DNA of 60,000 bases from Malacoraja senta (GCA_038087875.1 CM075994.1:4962001-5022000), one strand, 5' to 3'; counted from the first letter of the stretch, positions 1 to 12,300 are shown. The notes: a model not told the origin generated them from the sequence alone. Numbers and translations: made by a program.

Positions 1-31
1 TGTGCTGTACACATGGTTATTTATATTTCAG

Positions 32-208
32 CTCATGGGACAGGTACGGGATGCCTTAAAGAAGGTTGATTACGAACGCATGGGTAACACAACTCTGGAG
101 GAGTATGTCCTCAGAATGACTGATTTCATTGGCTCAATGGTGAACGTCAAACCATCAGCGGACACGATGAGTTTAAGTAGAGTCCTTGTTAATAATGCAA
201 TGGATTAG
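32..208 (+). CDS. Probable terminal coding exon of an unidentified host gene (degenerate EF-hand-like segment)
   Basis: A pyrimidine-rich acceptor ttatatttcag ends at 31, followed by the open frame LMGQVRDALKKVDYERMGNTTLEEYVLRMTD...NAMD with TAG at 206-208. DALKKVDYERMGNTTLEEY resembles a helix-loop-helix EF-hand (D1, G6, E12). The sequence is not repeat-like. Confidence 0.4.
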   Translation, partial: LMGQVRDALKKVDYERMGNTTLEEYVLRMTDFIGSMVNVKPSADTMSLSRVLVNNAMD

Positions 209-644
209 TAACACTGCGATTAGGTAAAATGCAATCTCATTGTTCTCTCATTATGTTGTCGTCGGGCGCAAATTCTGATCTTTAGATGAGAAAATCACTA
301 TGCTTTAATTTATGTTGTAGTTTGCCCAGGCAGATCCACAATTGGGGCGTCAACAGGTTTCCAATGGCGCATCCTCTGCACCAATCTGAGCATGTACTAA
401 ATATATAATATATGCTTTCATGATTGCATTCCTTTGTCAAATAATTCCCAGTGAGTTATTTTTTTACTTCGTTCAACTTATATATGAATCTGTGTCAGAA
501 TAGCTATCATCAAGGCCACATCCACCACAGACACGAATGACGGCACAACCACATCTCCAGGCTGGACAGTTATAAATTTAAACAAAGGAAACCGTGAGCT
601 TTGACTTGAAAATTATCATGTCGCATTCCCACCGTTATAAGACA

Positions 645-697
645 ATCCACCTTCCATACGTGATAATGTATTCATCCACCTTCCATACGTGATAATG
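645..697. repeat. Short tandem duplication of atccaccttccatacgtgataatg
   Basis: Two identical 24-nt copies at 645-668 and 674-697. Confidence 0.85.
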
Positions 698-1357
698 AGG
701 TGTCTTAAAATAATGATCTAACCACAAAAACATGTCAATTGCAGCTTTTGATGCTCGCTGTTGCTTAAAAATTTAAATCCCTGCCTTTTTTCAGAGGCAG
801 TCCATGACATCGTCACCTGCTTACATAGAAACATAGAAACATAGAAACATAGAACATAGGTGCAGGAGGAGGCCATTCGGTCCTTTGAGCCAGCACCGGC
901 ATTCATTGTGATCATGGCTGATCGTCCCCTATCCATAACCGGTGCCTGCCTTCTCCCCATATCCATTGACTCCACTAGCCCCTAGAGCTATATCTAACTA
1001 TCTCTTAAATCCATCCAGTGATTTGGCCTCCACTGCCCTATGTTGCAGGGAATTCCATAAATTCACAACTCTCTGGGTGAAAAAATATTTTCTCACCTCA
1101 GTCTTAAATGACCTCCCCTTTATACAAATACTGTGGCCCCTGGTTCTGGAATCGCCCAACATTGGGAACATTTTTCCTGCATCTAGCTTGTCCAGTCCTT
1201 TTATAATTTTATACGTTTCTATAAGATCCCCCCTCATTCTTTTAAACTCCAGTGAATACAAGCCTAGTCTTTTCAATCTTTCCTCTTATGACAGTCCCGC
1301 CATCCCAGGGATCCATCTCGTGAATCCTCCCATTTCCTCCAAATACAAGGCGTAGCT

Positions 1358-2644
1358 ATGGGCACACGCATGAGCCCCAGCTACGCCTGCCTCTTTGTCG
1401 GGTACGTAGAACAATCCTTGTTCAATGCGTACCAGGGCCCCATCCCCGACCTCTACCTCCGCTACATCGATGACTGTTTTGGTGCCACATCCTGCACCCA
1501 CACACAACTGACTGACTTCATCCGTTTCACCACCAACTTCCATCCGGCACTCAAATACACCTGGACCATTTGCAACACTTCCCTACCATTCCTTGACCTC
1601 ACCATCTCCATCGCAGGTGATAGACTTCTTACCGACATCCACTATAAACCTACCGACTCCCATGGCTATCTGGACTACACTTCTTCCCACCCTGCTTCCT
1701 GCAAGGACTCCATCCCCCACTCCCAATTCCTCTGTCTACGCCGCATCTGCTCCCAGGATGAAGCGTTCCACACCAGGGCATCCGAAATGTCCTCATTCTT
1801 CAGGGAACGGGGGCTCCCCACCTCCACCATAGATGAGGCTCGCACCAGGGTCACTGCCATACCCCGCAACACTGCTCTCTCTCCCCATCCCCCCACTCAC
1901 AACAAGGGCAGAGTCCCCCTAGTCCTCACCTTTCACCACACCAGCCGTCACATACAACAAGTGATCCTCCGTCAGTTTCGCCACCTCCAACGTGACCCCA
2001 CCACTCGCCACATCTTCCCATCTCCCCCTATGTCTGCCTTCCGCAAAGACCGCTCCCTCAGTAACTCCCTTGTCAATTCTTCCCTTCCCTCCCGTACCAC
2101 CCCCTCCCCGGGTACTTTCCCTTGCAACCGCAAGAGATGCAACACTTGTCCCTTCACCCCCCCCCCCCTCGACTCCATTCAAGGACCTAAGCAGTCGTTC
2201 CAGGTGCGACAGAGGTTCACCTGCATCTCCTCCAACTTCATCTATTGCATCCGCTGCTCTAGATGCCAGCTGATCTACATCGGTGAGACCAAGCGGAGGC
2301 TTGGCGATCGTTTCGCCGAACACCTCCGGTCGGTCCGCAATAACCAACCTGACCTCCCAGTGGCTCAGCACTTCAACTCCCACTCCCATTCCGTATCTGA
2401 CCTCTCTGTCCTGGGTCTCCTCCATGGCCACAGAGAGCAACACCGGAAATTGGAGGAAATGCACCTCATATTCCGCTTGGGCAGTCTACATCCTGGGGGC
2501 TTGAGCATTGAATTCTCCCAATTCTGCTATCCCTTGCTATCCCCTCCCCTTCATCAGCCCTCTGGTTGTCTCCTCCCCTCCCCTAGCCCTCGGGCTCCTC
2601 CTCCGCCTTTTTTCCTTTCTTCTCCCCACCCCCTATCAGTCTGA
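1358..2644 (+). CDS. Penelope RT C-terminal half + GIY-YIG endonuclease (5'-truncated, uninterrupted frame)
   Basis: The 428-aa frame contains MGTRMSPSYACLF, YLRYIDD (catalytic), FLDLTI, HYKPTDSHGYL, the Cys knuckle CNRKRCNTC, and FIYCIRCSRCQLIYIGETKRRLGDRFAEH. Confidence 0.9.
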   Translation: MGTRMSPSYACLFVGYVEQSLFNAYQGPIPDLYLRYIDDCFGATSCTHTQLTDFIRFTTNFHPALKYTWTICNTSLPFLDLTISIAGDRLLTDIHYKPTDSHGYLDYTSSHPASCKDSIPHSQFLCLRRICSQDEAFHTRASEMSSFFRERGLPTSTIDEARTRVTAIPRNTALSPHPPTHNKGRVPLVLTFHHTSRHIQQVILRQFRHLQRDPTTRHIFPSPPMSAFRKDRSLSNSLVNSSLPSRTTPSPGTFPCNRKRCNTCPFTPPPLDSIQGPKQSFQVRQRFTCISSNFIYCIRCSRCQLIYIGETKRRLGDRFAEHLRSVRNNQPDLPVAQHFNSHSHSVSDLSVLGLLHGHREQHRKLEEMHLIFRLGSLHPGGLSIEFSQFCYPLLSPPLHQPSGCLLPSPSPRAPPPPFFLSSPHPLSV

Positions 2645-2672
2645 AGAAGGGTTTCGGCCCGAAATGTTGCCT
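2637..2672 (+). ncRNA. Minimal type I hammerhead ribozyme motif in the Penelope terminus
   Basis: CTGAAGA-A-GGG-TTTCGG-CCC-GAAA-TGTT has the core boxes CUGANGA and GAAA around a short stem II. The stem III palindrome ACGT is altered to ATGT. Confidence 0.7.
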
Positions 2673-5329
2673 ATTTCCTTCGCTCCATAGATGCTGCTGC
2701 ACCCGCTGTGTTTCTCCAGCATTTTTGTGTACCATCCATCTCGTGAACCTACGCTGCACTGCCTCAATCACAAGGATTTCATTCCTCAAATTAGGAGACC
2801 AAAACTGTACACAATACTCCAGATGTCGTCTCACTAGAGCCCTATACAACTGAAGACGAACCTCTTTACTCCTATACTGAAATCCTCTTGTTATGAAGGC
2901 CAACATTCCATTAGATTTCTTCACTGCCTGCTGTACCTACACGCCAACTTTCAGTGACCGGTGTAGAAGGACACCCAGGTCTCGCTGCACCTCGCTTACC
3001 TAACCTAACCCCATTGAGATAATAATCTGCCCCCTTGTTTTTGCCGCCAAAGTGGATAACCTCACATTTATCTATATTAAACTGCATCTGCCACGCATGT
3101 GCACACTCACTCAACCTGTCCAGATCTCCCTGCAACCTCCTAACATCCTCTTCACAGTTCACAGTGCCACCAAGCGTTGTGTTATCCGCAAACTTGCTAG
3201 TGTTGCTCCTAATTCCCTCTTCAAAATCATTAATATATAAGGTAAACAGTTGCGGCCCCAACACCGAGCCTTGCGGCACTCCACTCGCTACTGCCTGCCA
3301 TTCTGAACAGGACCCGTTCACTCCTACTCTTTGCTTCCGTTCTGCCAACCAATGTTCTATCCATCTCAACACCCTACCCCCAATATCATGTGCTCTAATT
3401 TTAGTCACCAGTCTCCCGTGCGGGAACTTATCAAAGGCTTTAAGAAAGTCTAGATAGACTACACCCTCTGGCACCCCTTCATCCATTTTACTTGACACAT
3501 CCTCAGAAAATTCCGGAAGATTAGTGAAGCATAATTTCCCTTTCATAAATACATGTTGACTTGGGCTAATCCTTTTACTGCAATCCAAATGACCAATTAT
3601 TACATCCTTAATAATTGACTCCAGCATCTCTCCCACCACGGAAGTCAGGCTAACCGGTCATGTAATTCCCCGTTTTCTCTCTCGCTCCTATCTTGAAAAG
3701 TGGGATAACATTAGCTATCCACCAATCCACAGGAACTGATCCTGAATCTATTGAACATTGGAAATGATCACCAATGCGTCCACTATTTCTAGGGCGACCT
3801 CCTTGAGGACCCTGGGATGCACACCATCAGCCCCAGGGGATTTATCATCCTTCATTCCCATTAGCCTACGCAATACTACTTGTCGCCTAATGAAAATGTA
3901 TTTAAGTTCCTCTACCCTCTTAGATCCCCTTTCCTCCAGTACATCTGGGAGATTGTTTGTGTCTTCCTTAGTGAAGACAGATCCGAAGTAGTTATTCAAT
4001 TCTTCTGCCATTTCCTTGTTGCCCATAATAATTTCACCCGTGTTTGCCTTCAAGGGACCCATATTTGACTTTGCTACTATTTCCCCCTGAACATATCTAA
4101 AGAAGCTTTTCCTGTCCTTCTTTATATTCAGGCCAGCTTCCCCTCGTACTTCATATTTTCAGCCCGTATTGCCCGTTTTGATTCATTCTGTTTTCCTATG
4201 AAAGTTTCCCAATCCTCTGGCTTCCGGCTACTCTTTGCTGTGTTATACTTCTTTTCTTTTAGTTTTATTCAATCCCTAACTTCGCTTGTCAGCCACGGTT
4301 GCCTCATACTCCCCTTAGAATCGTTCTTCCTTTTTGGAATGAAATGATCCTGCATCTCCAGCATTATGCCCAGAAATGCATGCCATTGTTGTTCCACCGT
4401 CATTCCTGCTAAGATACCTTTCCTGTCTACTTTGGCCAGCTCCCCTCTCATGCCTTCATAGTCCCCTTTGTTCAACAGCATCACTGCCACTTCCGATTTA
4501 ACGATCTCTTTCTCAAATTGAAGATTAAAACTAATCATATTATGATCACTACCTCCAAGCGGTTCCTTTACCTCGAGTTCTCTTTTCATATCTGGTTCAT
4601 TGGACAACACTAAATCCAGAATTTCCTTCTCTCTGGTCGGCTTCATTACAAACTGCTCTCAGAATCCATCTAGGAGGCATTCTACAAATTCTCTTTCTTG
4701 GGGTCCTGAACCAACCTGATTATCGCAGTCTACCTGCATATTGAAATCCCCCATCACCACAGTGGCATTACCTGTGTTACGTGCCAGTTTTAACTCCTGC
4801 TGCAACTTACACCCTGCACCCGGGCTACTATTTGGGGGTTTGTAAATAACACCAATTAGTGTCCTATTGCCTTTACAATTCCTCAACTCAATCCACAGTG
4901 ACTCTACCTCGTCAGTCCCTATGTCTTCCCTCGCAAGGGACTGAATTCCATCCCTCACCAGCAGAGCTACCCCCTCCTCTGCCCACCTGCCTGCCTTTTT
5001 ATTAGGATGTATAACCCTGAATATTAAGTTCCCTGGCTCTATCCTCCTGCAGCCACGTCTCAGTAAACCCACAATGTGATATCTGCCAACGTGTAACTGA
5101 GGCTCAAGCTCATCTCCTTTACTTCTTATACTTCGTGCATTCATATACAGTACAATTCCATTCGCATCTCACCTTTCACATCGCTCCCTATTAAACTAGG
5201 CCATATCTTCCTATCCCTTTGTAAGCTTCCTTTTCCGTTAATTCTGGGATCATTAACCATCCCCTTACTCTCTTTCCCTTTAACTCCATACTCGACTATT
5301 CCATTTGACACCGCACCCCTTTATTTCGT

Positions 5330-6249
5330 TCAAAACCACCTGTGTAGCAGTGCAAACCTGCCTGCCAGAATGTTGTTCCCCCACCTGTTAAGATACAATC
5401 CGTCCCTTTTGTACAGTTTCCCCTTACTCCAAAACATATCGCACTTATCTAAGAATCTAAATCCCTGCCCCCTGCACCAGTTCCTCAGCCACACATTCAG
5501 GTCCCGTATCTCCCTGTTCCTGTTCTCGTCAGCACGAGGAACTGGAAGCAAACCGGAGATAACAACCCTGAAGCTCCTGCTTTTCATCATTTTTCCGAGC
5601 TCTGTAAAGTCACGCTGCAGAATATTCATCCCCTTTTTCCCGACATCGTTTGTGCCGACATGCACTTCCACTTCCGGCTGTTCACCTTCCCCCTTGAGGA
5701 TTTTCTGCACTCTGTCCGTGACATCCTGGATCCTGGCACCAGGAAGGCAGCACACCATCCTCGAATCCCGTCTGTTGCCGCAGAAACCCCTGTCCTTACC
5801 TCTCACAATGGAGTCTCCAACTACAATGGCGTTCCCTGACGTTGGCCTCTTTGGTTTTGTCTCAACAGCCCTTTTTGCTTCGCAAGCCTGTCCGCCGCTC
5901 AGTGTGATAACGCATTCTGTCCCAGCGGCTTCTAAGTGGGCGATCCTGTTCACAAGATGTACAACACCCGCGGACCTTTGCATTACAAGTTTCCCTCCCT
6001 TTCTCACCGTCACCCACTTTCTCTCTTCCAGTACCTTATTTGTAACAATCTTACCGTAGGACTTGTCGAGGAACGACTCAGTTTCTCGAACGAACCTGAT
6101 GTCATCCACTTGATTCTCCAGTTCCCCAACACGGTCCTTCAGGAGCTGTACCTGGATGCACTTCTCTCCTTATAGCAGCCAGAGGCACCAGCAGTGTCCT
6201 TGATCTCCCACATACTGCAAGCATCACACTGAATCAGCTTGCCTGACAT
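5330..6249 (-). pseudogene. CR1 ORF1 (zinc-finger/leucine-zipper + SGNH esterase)
   Basis: Starts MSGKLIQCDACSMW; contains IVVGDSIVRG, CCLPGARIQDV, VHVGTNDVG and YKRDGLYLN (GDSL/SGNH blocks). One frameshift lies near 6110-6140. Confidence 0.88.
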
Positions 6250-6462
6250 CTCCTTCTTTCGTCTCTCCCTCTCCAGCGTTTTGCGTGGCCTCCTCTCCTC
6301 AGCCTCCTCGCCGAACACTCTCGAGTCAAAGACTCGCACTTTTCTCACGGCACTTCCCTCACTGCCGCTCCCTAAGAGCCATCTTGCATATATTGATTGA
6401 GAAATTGCCTAATTTACCAAGTTACAAACCAAATTCCTCAGTTTTAAACTGTTATCCCCCAC

Positions 6463-6724
6463 TGACTCACTTCTAACTCTCCCCCACCCGGGCTAGAGCC
6501 AATCAATGTGTTCTCCTGCTTATCTTCGTTGCTGATGCTTCAAAATCTACGGGAGCACTGAGTAAAGTCTGCCTGTGCTTTGCCTCTCTTTTTCAACATT
6601 TTTCACCCTCTGACTCACTTCTAACTCTCTTCCCTCCCGGGCTAGAGCCAATCAGTGTTTTCTCCTGCTTCTGTTTGTTGCTGTTGCTTCAAAATCCACG
6701 AGAGCTCTGAGTAAAGTCTGCCTG
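6463..6724 (-). repeat. Two tandem 5'-UTR monomers of the CR1 element
   Basis: ctgactcacttctaactct...ggctagagccaatca...cttcaaaatc...ctgagtaaagtctgcctg occurs at ~6463-6574 and ~6610-6724. Confidence 0.8.
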
Positions 6725-7799
6725 CTTACACTGACATTCATCGCGCAGGATCAGTGTATCCTCACTGGCTTCCGATGTATCTGAATACGGTCTCCCCTCA
6801 AGAGACACACCACCCGTGGCAAGAAGGGGTTACTACCGTGACATGGGGAATTATAAATGTTCTATTTGATGTAGATGTTTATGTTCATGTGTGCAGTTTG
6901 TTGAAGTCAGTAGTTATTGTGGTTATCACTTATTTGCGTTTTGTTTGAAGTTCTGTAATTTGTAATTTTTAATAATTTTTGCCTGTTAAATAATTTTATA
7001 TACTTTTTTGGTTGATATCCATTTGTCACCTTTTGCACAATAAAGGACATACTTGTTTTTCAAACTGAAATTGATGTCTGATAACCGTTATTTTCAATAT
7101 TAGCCAAACATGTCGTCACTTAAATTTCAGATGTCATTAATAATATTTTCAGAATATTGAAACACACACCAGATCAAGGAAGGGGTGCTATCTGTTCCCA
7201 TATTAAATTCTCACAACTTCTATGATGAGTGAAAAAAAGACACAAGCGCCTCAAATGCTCTGCAATTTAACGGGGATTTTATTGCACCTATCGACGAATC
7301 AGTAAATAAAACAAGCAGCAGACAGGAATGAAAACAAAGAGTTTACACATCTCCCAAATGTAACTGAAATATTGAACACCCAAGTGTTTTTTTATACATC
7401 TTGATAAACGCAACTCCACAGAAAGTAATGCATTGAATTGCAAAGGGGTTTGTCATACATTTAACTGAAGCTGGAAATCCAAAGTATAGTCAAGGAGCTT
7501 TTCTCTGTGACATCCTCAGATTAAGCTGTGCAATAACATGCTGGCAAGTAATAAAGCAATAAAGCAGACAACGCAATGCTTTCTGGAGATATTTTTTGTT
7601 AGATATATCGACGCTGATCAGACAAACAAAGGTATGATCAGCACTGATTTTGGAACAAACCTCGGCTAAAAAGTCTATCTGACTTTAAAAAAAGAGAAAG
7701 TCACATTTCACCTGGAATTAAACCAAATGTGCAGGATTTCAATTGCCCTGAAAAATAACTTTCATTTCCTTCAGTGGGGTCTCCTTCTGCTGTGGTGGA

Positions 7800-8290
7800 C
7801 TTCACTTTGTGCTGTGTGATGCTGGCTGCTGTTCCTCTAATGACATGGTTCTGCCATGGCACACTGTCCAGTATTGGGTTGTAGTAAGAGTAGAGATGGT
7901 CTCACCACTCTTTGCCACCCCTTGACGCGATGTTACCTGGAATTCGCTGAAGTGATACCATTGGTGCAGCGTGAACTCCAGCACTCCATATACCTGGCGT
8001 TGTTTCCGGTACGTCCACCAGAGGCTCCCTCCTCCATGGCTGTATCTGATGCTGCTGCTGCACCTCTGATACGGATATGGTTGTGGAACACATGCTGCGT
8101 ACACAATAGTCTCCACATTCTCGGGCTCCTGCTCCATAGTAGTCAGCAAGCAACGAAATCTGCTTGAGAGAATGCCAAGTGCGTTTTCAACAACCCTCCT
8201 AGCCGTGGACAGTATGTAATTAAAAATCCACTGCTCCCTGGTCAAATGCATTTGTGGGTATGGCTTTCTCTTCCAGGGCCGGAATGAAAA
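7800..8290 (-). pseudogene. PIF/Harbinger DDE transposase C-terminal fragment
   Basis: KPYPQMHLTREQWIFNYILSTARRVVENALGILSSRFRCL matches the Harbinger FNYRLSRARRVVENAFGIL motif. A downstream frame gives RDHLYSYYNPILDSVPWQ. Confidence 0.85.
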
Positions 8291-8419
8291 GCCTTCCTCC
8301 TCCTAACTGGTTCCTTCTTTGGTCGCATGGTTCAGAATGGTTTATAAAAAATAGTCTGTGAGGCTTTTTATTATGAGAAAAATGCAGACATGACGTCATT
8401 TCATCAGGTGATCATTTGA

Positions 8420-9212
8420 GCTATAACCAGTGGTCGCTGGTCGTTGTTGGTTTTAAGTGTGGTGGTCTGAGGTAGAAGGGGGTCGTGCTCAATCGCAGAC
8501 GAATTTGCAGAGACCATCCTCGAGTACAATGTGCATGGTCGAAGTCAGTTTTCAAAATAGTCGAAGGAGGTCGCAGGATGTCGAAGGATGTCTCCTTCGT
8601 AGTCGAGGGAGGTTTTAAGCATATGCGTAGGAGGCGGCACACATAGTCGAGGAACGACGTAGGAGATCGTAGGTCAACGAGACCTTGATTTTTCTATAGT
8701 CGATTAATGTCGCCAGAGGTCGCGGTAGAGGGTAGCAAAAATACCTCATTCGACCATGTAGAGTATCTCCTACGACTTTCTTCGACTGTTGAAGCCTAGC
8801 TTCGGGTAGCTTCGACTAGCTTTGGGAGAATTGGACAACGAATAGAGGAGAGTGAGGAAGACCTCCTTCGATATGCTTCGACTATGTTGAAGACTATCAA
8901 CGACCACCGACTTCCTTCGACTATCCTCCATAACTTAAGAATAGCATGCCGACCTACTGCGACCAACTACGACTAAACCTACCAGTAAATAAATAGCCGA
9001 TTTTTTTCCATGGCGACCTTTTTTACTCGCGGGCATATTGAAAAAAAACCGCGGCGACCTAGCTGAGACCTCGACTACGCGGAGACCACTCTCGTGTATG
9101 AGGGAAAGTTACCAAGACCTCCTACTACCTGGTGGCGACCATGCTGCGAATATGAGCCGAGGGAAAACTCGCCAGAACTCGCGGATTAAGTCGCCCAAGT
9201 GGGTAAGGCCCT
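8420..9212 (-). mobile_element. Harbinger-type terminal/subterminal arm
   Basis: A CpG-rich arm full of GTCG/CGAC motifs ends in aagtcgcccaagtgggtaaggccct (reverse AGGGCCTTACCCACTTGGGCGACTT, a TIR-like end) next to the transposase fragment. The partner TIR was not found. Confidence 0.55.
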
Positions 9213-9399
9213 ATGTCGTCTAGAAGCTTCATCCACACAATGTTTCTTTGTGCAACATATTTCCACAGTGGTACATTAGTAGTAAATAAGAGATTCTGTT
9301 TGTTACAAATGTTAGAAACATTTTTTTTCGTTGTTGAAGTACTTGAGCTCTGTAGTACCATCAATCCAGAATATAGATTCTTCCAGTTGAAGCTGTAAT

Positions 9400-12300
9400 A
9401 ATTTCCGTAGCATTATGTCATTTTTAACAGCTAAGACTGCGGTAGAAGTTCCTTTCTCGGAATCGTCATTTGCTTCAATGGTGTCACTCTGGCTTTTCCC
9501 ATTAAGAATCCAACATGTACTTCATTGTTATCATTTTCCAGTCTTAGATACTAAACAGTACCGTGGCCACCATCACTTGCGTCTGAAATTCGCATATCTG
9601 CATATCTGCATATGTGATTCGACCAAAGTTTATAGGCTTCATGCAATGATCCACTTGAATTCTGAGATCTTATTGAGATCTGCTAATCATTCTCTTTATC
9701 GGTGAGATAAATTTGCGTTATACCCTCACCCATCCAAGTTTTTCATTACAAAGATCCTGCAAAATCACATGGCTGGCAGTGTAAATGATGCGAAAAATCC
9801 CAAAGGACAATAAACAGAAACAACCACGGATAGGATGCCCCGTCTTGTACATGGTCGCTCTTGAATCGAGATTCTGAACGGGAACACATCTGTCGATACA
9901 CACCAGTGCTCCTTCCATTGGCAGATTGCCTTTTTCAAAATCTAAATCTCTGGTTTCTTTGGCTCAGTTATCTAGTGGAATGGTTTCCAAAGCAGCAGGC
10001 TGTTGTTGATCCACTTGGATAACATGATTCATCCATTCTTGCAAAGGAAAGTCAGATGTTTTACCATTTGAATTGCTTCCTTTTCCGTAAAATGGATTAT
10101 AAACAATCATCCACATAGAATTTATTTTTTATTGTTTTTATCACTTCTTCTAGAAAGTGAACATTATTGTCCTCGACGGTCTTCCATAATGCAATGTTTG
10201 CACAACCTGGTGATGACACCGCTCCAAAGAGATGTACATTCATCCGATATTCCACCAGATAGTGTTGTACATCACCATCAGGCTACCATAGGAATCGCAA
10301 ATATTTAATATACTGTTCTGACTCTTTGACGATGAAACATGGCTTTAATATCTTCCATCATATCAATCGGTTAATGACTGAATGTAATGGGAACTCCAAT
10401 GAGTGAATTGGTGAGGTCCGCTCCCTGTAGTAATCGACAGTTAAGCGATGTTCCTTTGAAGACTACAGCACAGTCAATGACCACCCTCAAGGTCCCTTTC
10501 TTCGAGAGACACATACCATGGTGCGGAATATACCAAAGCTCTTCGTCACTTAGATTCAGTTGGCCTGTTGGTACCATTTCTGCATAATAATTCTCAATCA
10601 TTTCCTTTAGGAAACTTGTATATGCATCATGACATTTCGTATTCTTGCGAACTTGCGTTACCGATTCTGGGTGTGTTGCTCTGCAACGCGACACGGCAGA
10701 CAAACACTTTCTTGTTTGAAAAGTACGTCAAGACAAGACAATTGTAAGGTGTCCTAGAGACTTTTATATAGGCGCCCTTAAAATAAAATCTATTATTATT
10801 ATTATTATTATCATCTTTATTGAGCGGTTCATAACATCCAAGAACTTTACCTCCTTTCTGGACATTTCTTCTGATTTCCTACTGGTATTTTCACTGAAGT
10901 CGTTAATGCATTGCTTGATCAATAGCTCTTCTAATTTCACAATAGTTATTTGAGTGACAGCAGCAGCAGGATGGTTATTCTGATTCCTGCTTCTGTTGTT
11001 CCTTCTCAAGGACCAATATATAATCCATCCGCGTAGGTTTCTCACATCTAATGGTCCACTTGACTTGACTGCTGACAAACTCTTTAGGTTCCAATGCCTT
11101 CAAAGCATTCGTTCTGATAAGTAAGTCGATACCATGATTGATTTTAGGTATCTTGACGTATTTCAAGTAAGGCCATTATTTCTGGTATTCCAGCTTTGGA
11201 ATGTATAGATGGGAAACAAACTTGGTTTTACGTGTGAACACATCAAGCTGTATACAATTGTCTTTGTCTAGATATTTCCAAACTTGAGTTATGATGACTA
11301 ATCACAGGCTGATCTTTATTTCCCACGCAAGTGAATCTTCGTCTTTTCATCTCCAATGTTTAGCCTTCTGATCAAGCTTTCTGTGCAAAATTTAGCCGAA
11401 CTCTTATGATCCAAAAATGCATATGTTTGCGACACTGCCCTAGATGCTTCTTACCTTTACTGGTTAGGTGGAGAAAATACAGATGTCTATCCCGGCTCCA
11501 ATATGCGCATTTTTTCTGAGGTGAGGTAAAACCATCAGTCGTTGCTCGCTTTTCCTCATGTTCTGTTTGCTCCTGTGGCTTTTCCGTATTCTTCTTTTCA
11601 GTGTGAAGTATTCAGGGTGATCGTGATTGTACTTAACACAAGTTATACGACTCTTGCAGGCATGTGTGCTTTCTTCAATCATCCAAAATAATCATCACTA
11701 CCCCTTGAAGAAGACCATCTTTTATTTATGTCCCTTCTTCTTAAAATTTCGACACCCCCTTATGGTGTGACCTACCTCATCAAATGACAAACAAAACTCC
11801 TGTGGCTTAATGGTAGATGCGTCTCTTTCCTGCTCACCCGTTGTTTCTATATGTATCACATCGGTAGCAAAACTTATTTCCTATTGTCCTGATCTTCCTT
11901 TTGTTTTTAATAAACATAGAACCTTTGAAAGTTACTGGTTTAGTATCTGGAATATTCCCATAGCGAAAATTTGACTTTAATCGTACTTCCTTTTCCATGA
12001 AACTCACCGCATCAGGAAGCACGGGCTCTCGATCCTCATCTTCTTTTATCAGACATGCTTTAACCCTCACTTTTTCTCTATGTCTACAGGGCAGTTTGTG
12101 TGTGATGGTTTTCATATTGCTAACAATACTCATTATTGCATGTGGTTGAGATGTCTCATTGAGCTACAACAACCTCTAAAAAATATCGAAAACTCACGCA
12201 ATGCTTTCGCGTCTTCTGGCGTGATAGCGGTTCAAGAATAGACCTTCTTCATGTATGCATTAGCAATCTGGTGTTCGTTACCAAAATGTTCTCTAAGCGT

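Larger units (their letters stand above)
1325..2733 (+). mobile_element. 5'-truncated Penelope-like element (GIY-YIG, Neptune-type) inserted in CR1 ORF2
   Basis: RT plus GIY-YIG ORF, a terminal segment with a hammerhead motif, and a 14-bp target-site duplication ATCCATCTCGTGAA at 1311-1324 and 2734-2747. Confidence 0.93.
950..5150 (-). pseudogene. CR1 ORF2 (AP endonuclease + reverse transcriptase), frameshifted and split by the Penelope insertion
   Basis: ORF pieces 4659-5144, 4269-4646, 3748-4062, 2911-3639, part of 2583-2924 and 998-1276 are colinear CR1 ORF2 segments (PTREKEILDLVLSN, KSPGADGVHPRVLKE, YLDFLKAFDK, LEYCVQFWSP). Confidence 0.92.
826..6720 (-). mobile_element. Full-length CR1-clade LINE (decayed), interrupted by a Penelope insertion
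   Basis: 3' tail of (CATAGAAA)n at ~823-858. ORF2 fragments show APE (MNARSIRSK, VMGDFN) and RT (GVPQGSVLGP, KFADNT, FFTQRVVNLWNSL). ORF1 has an SGNH esterase. Tandem 5' UTR units are present, and CCTGCTTACA flanks the element at 816-825 and 6721-6730. Confidence 0.93.

Noticed and set aside
5370..6059. 229-aa plus-strand ORF (and similar ORFs at 942-1355, 3035-3457, 31389-31907)
   Set aside because: Antisense shadows of CR1 coding sequence.
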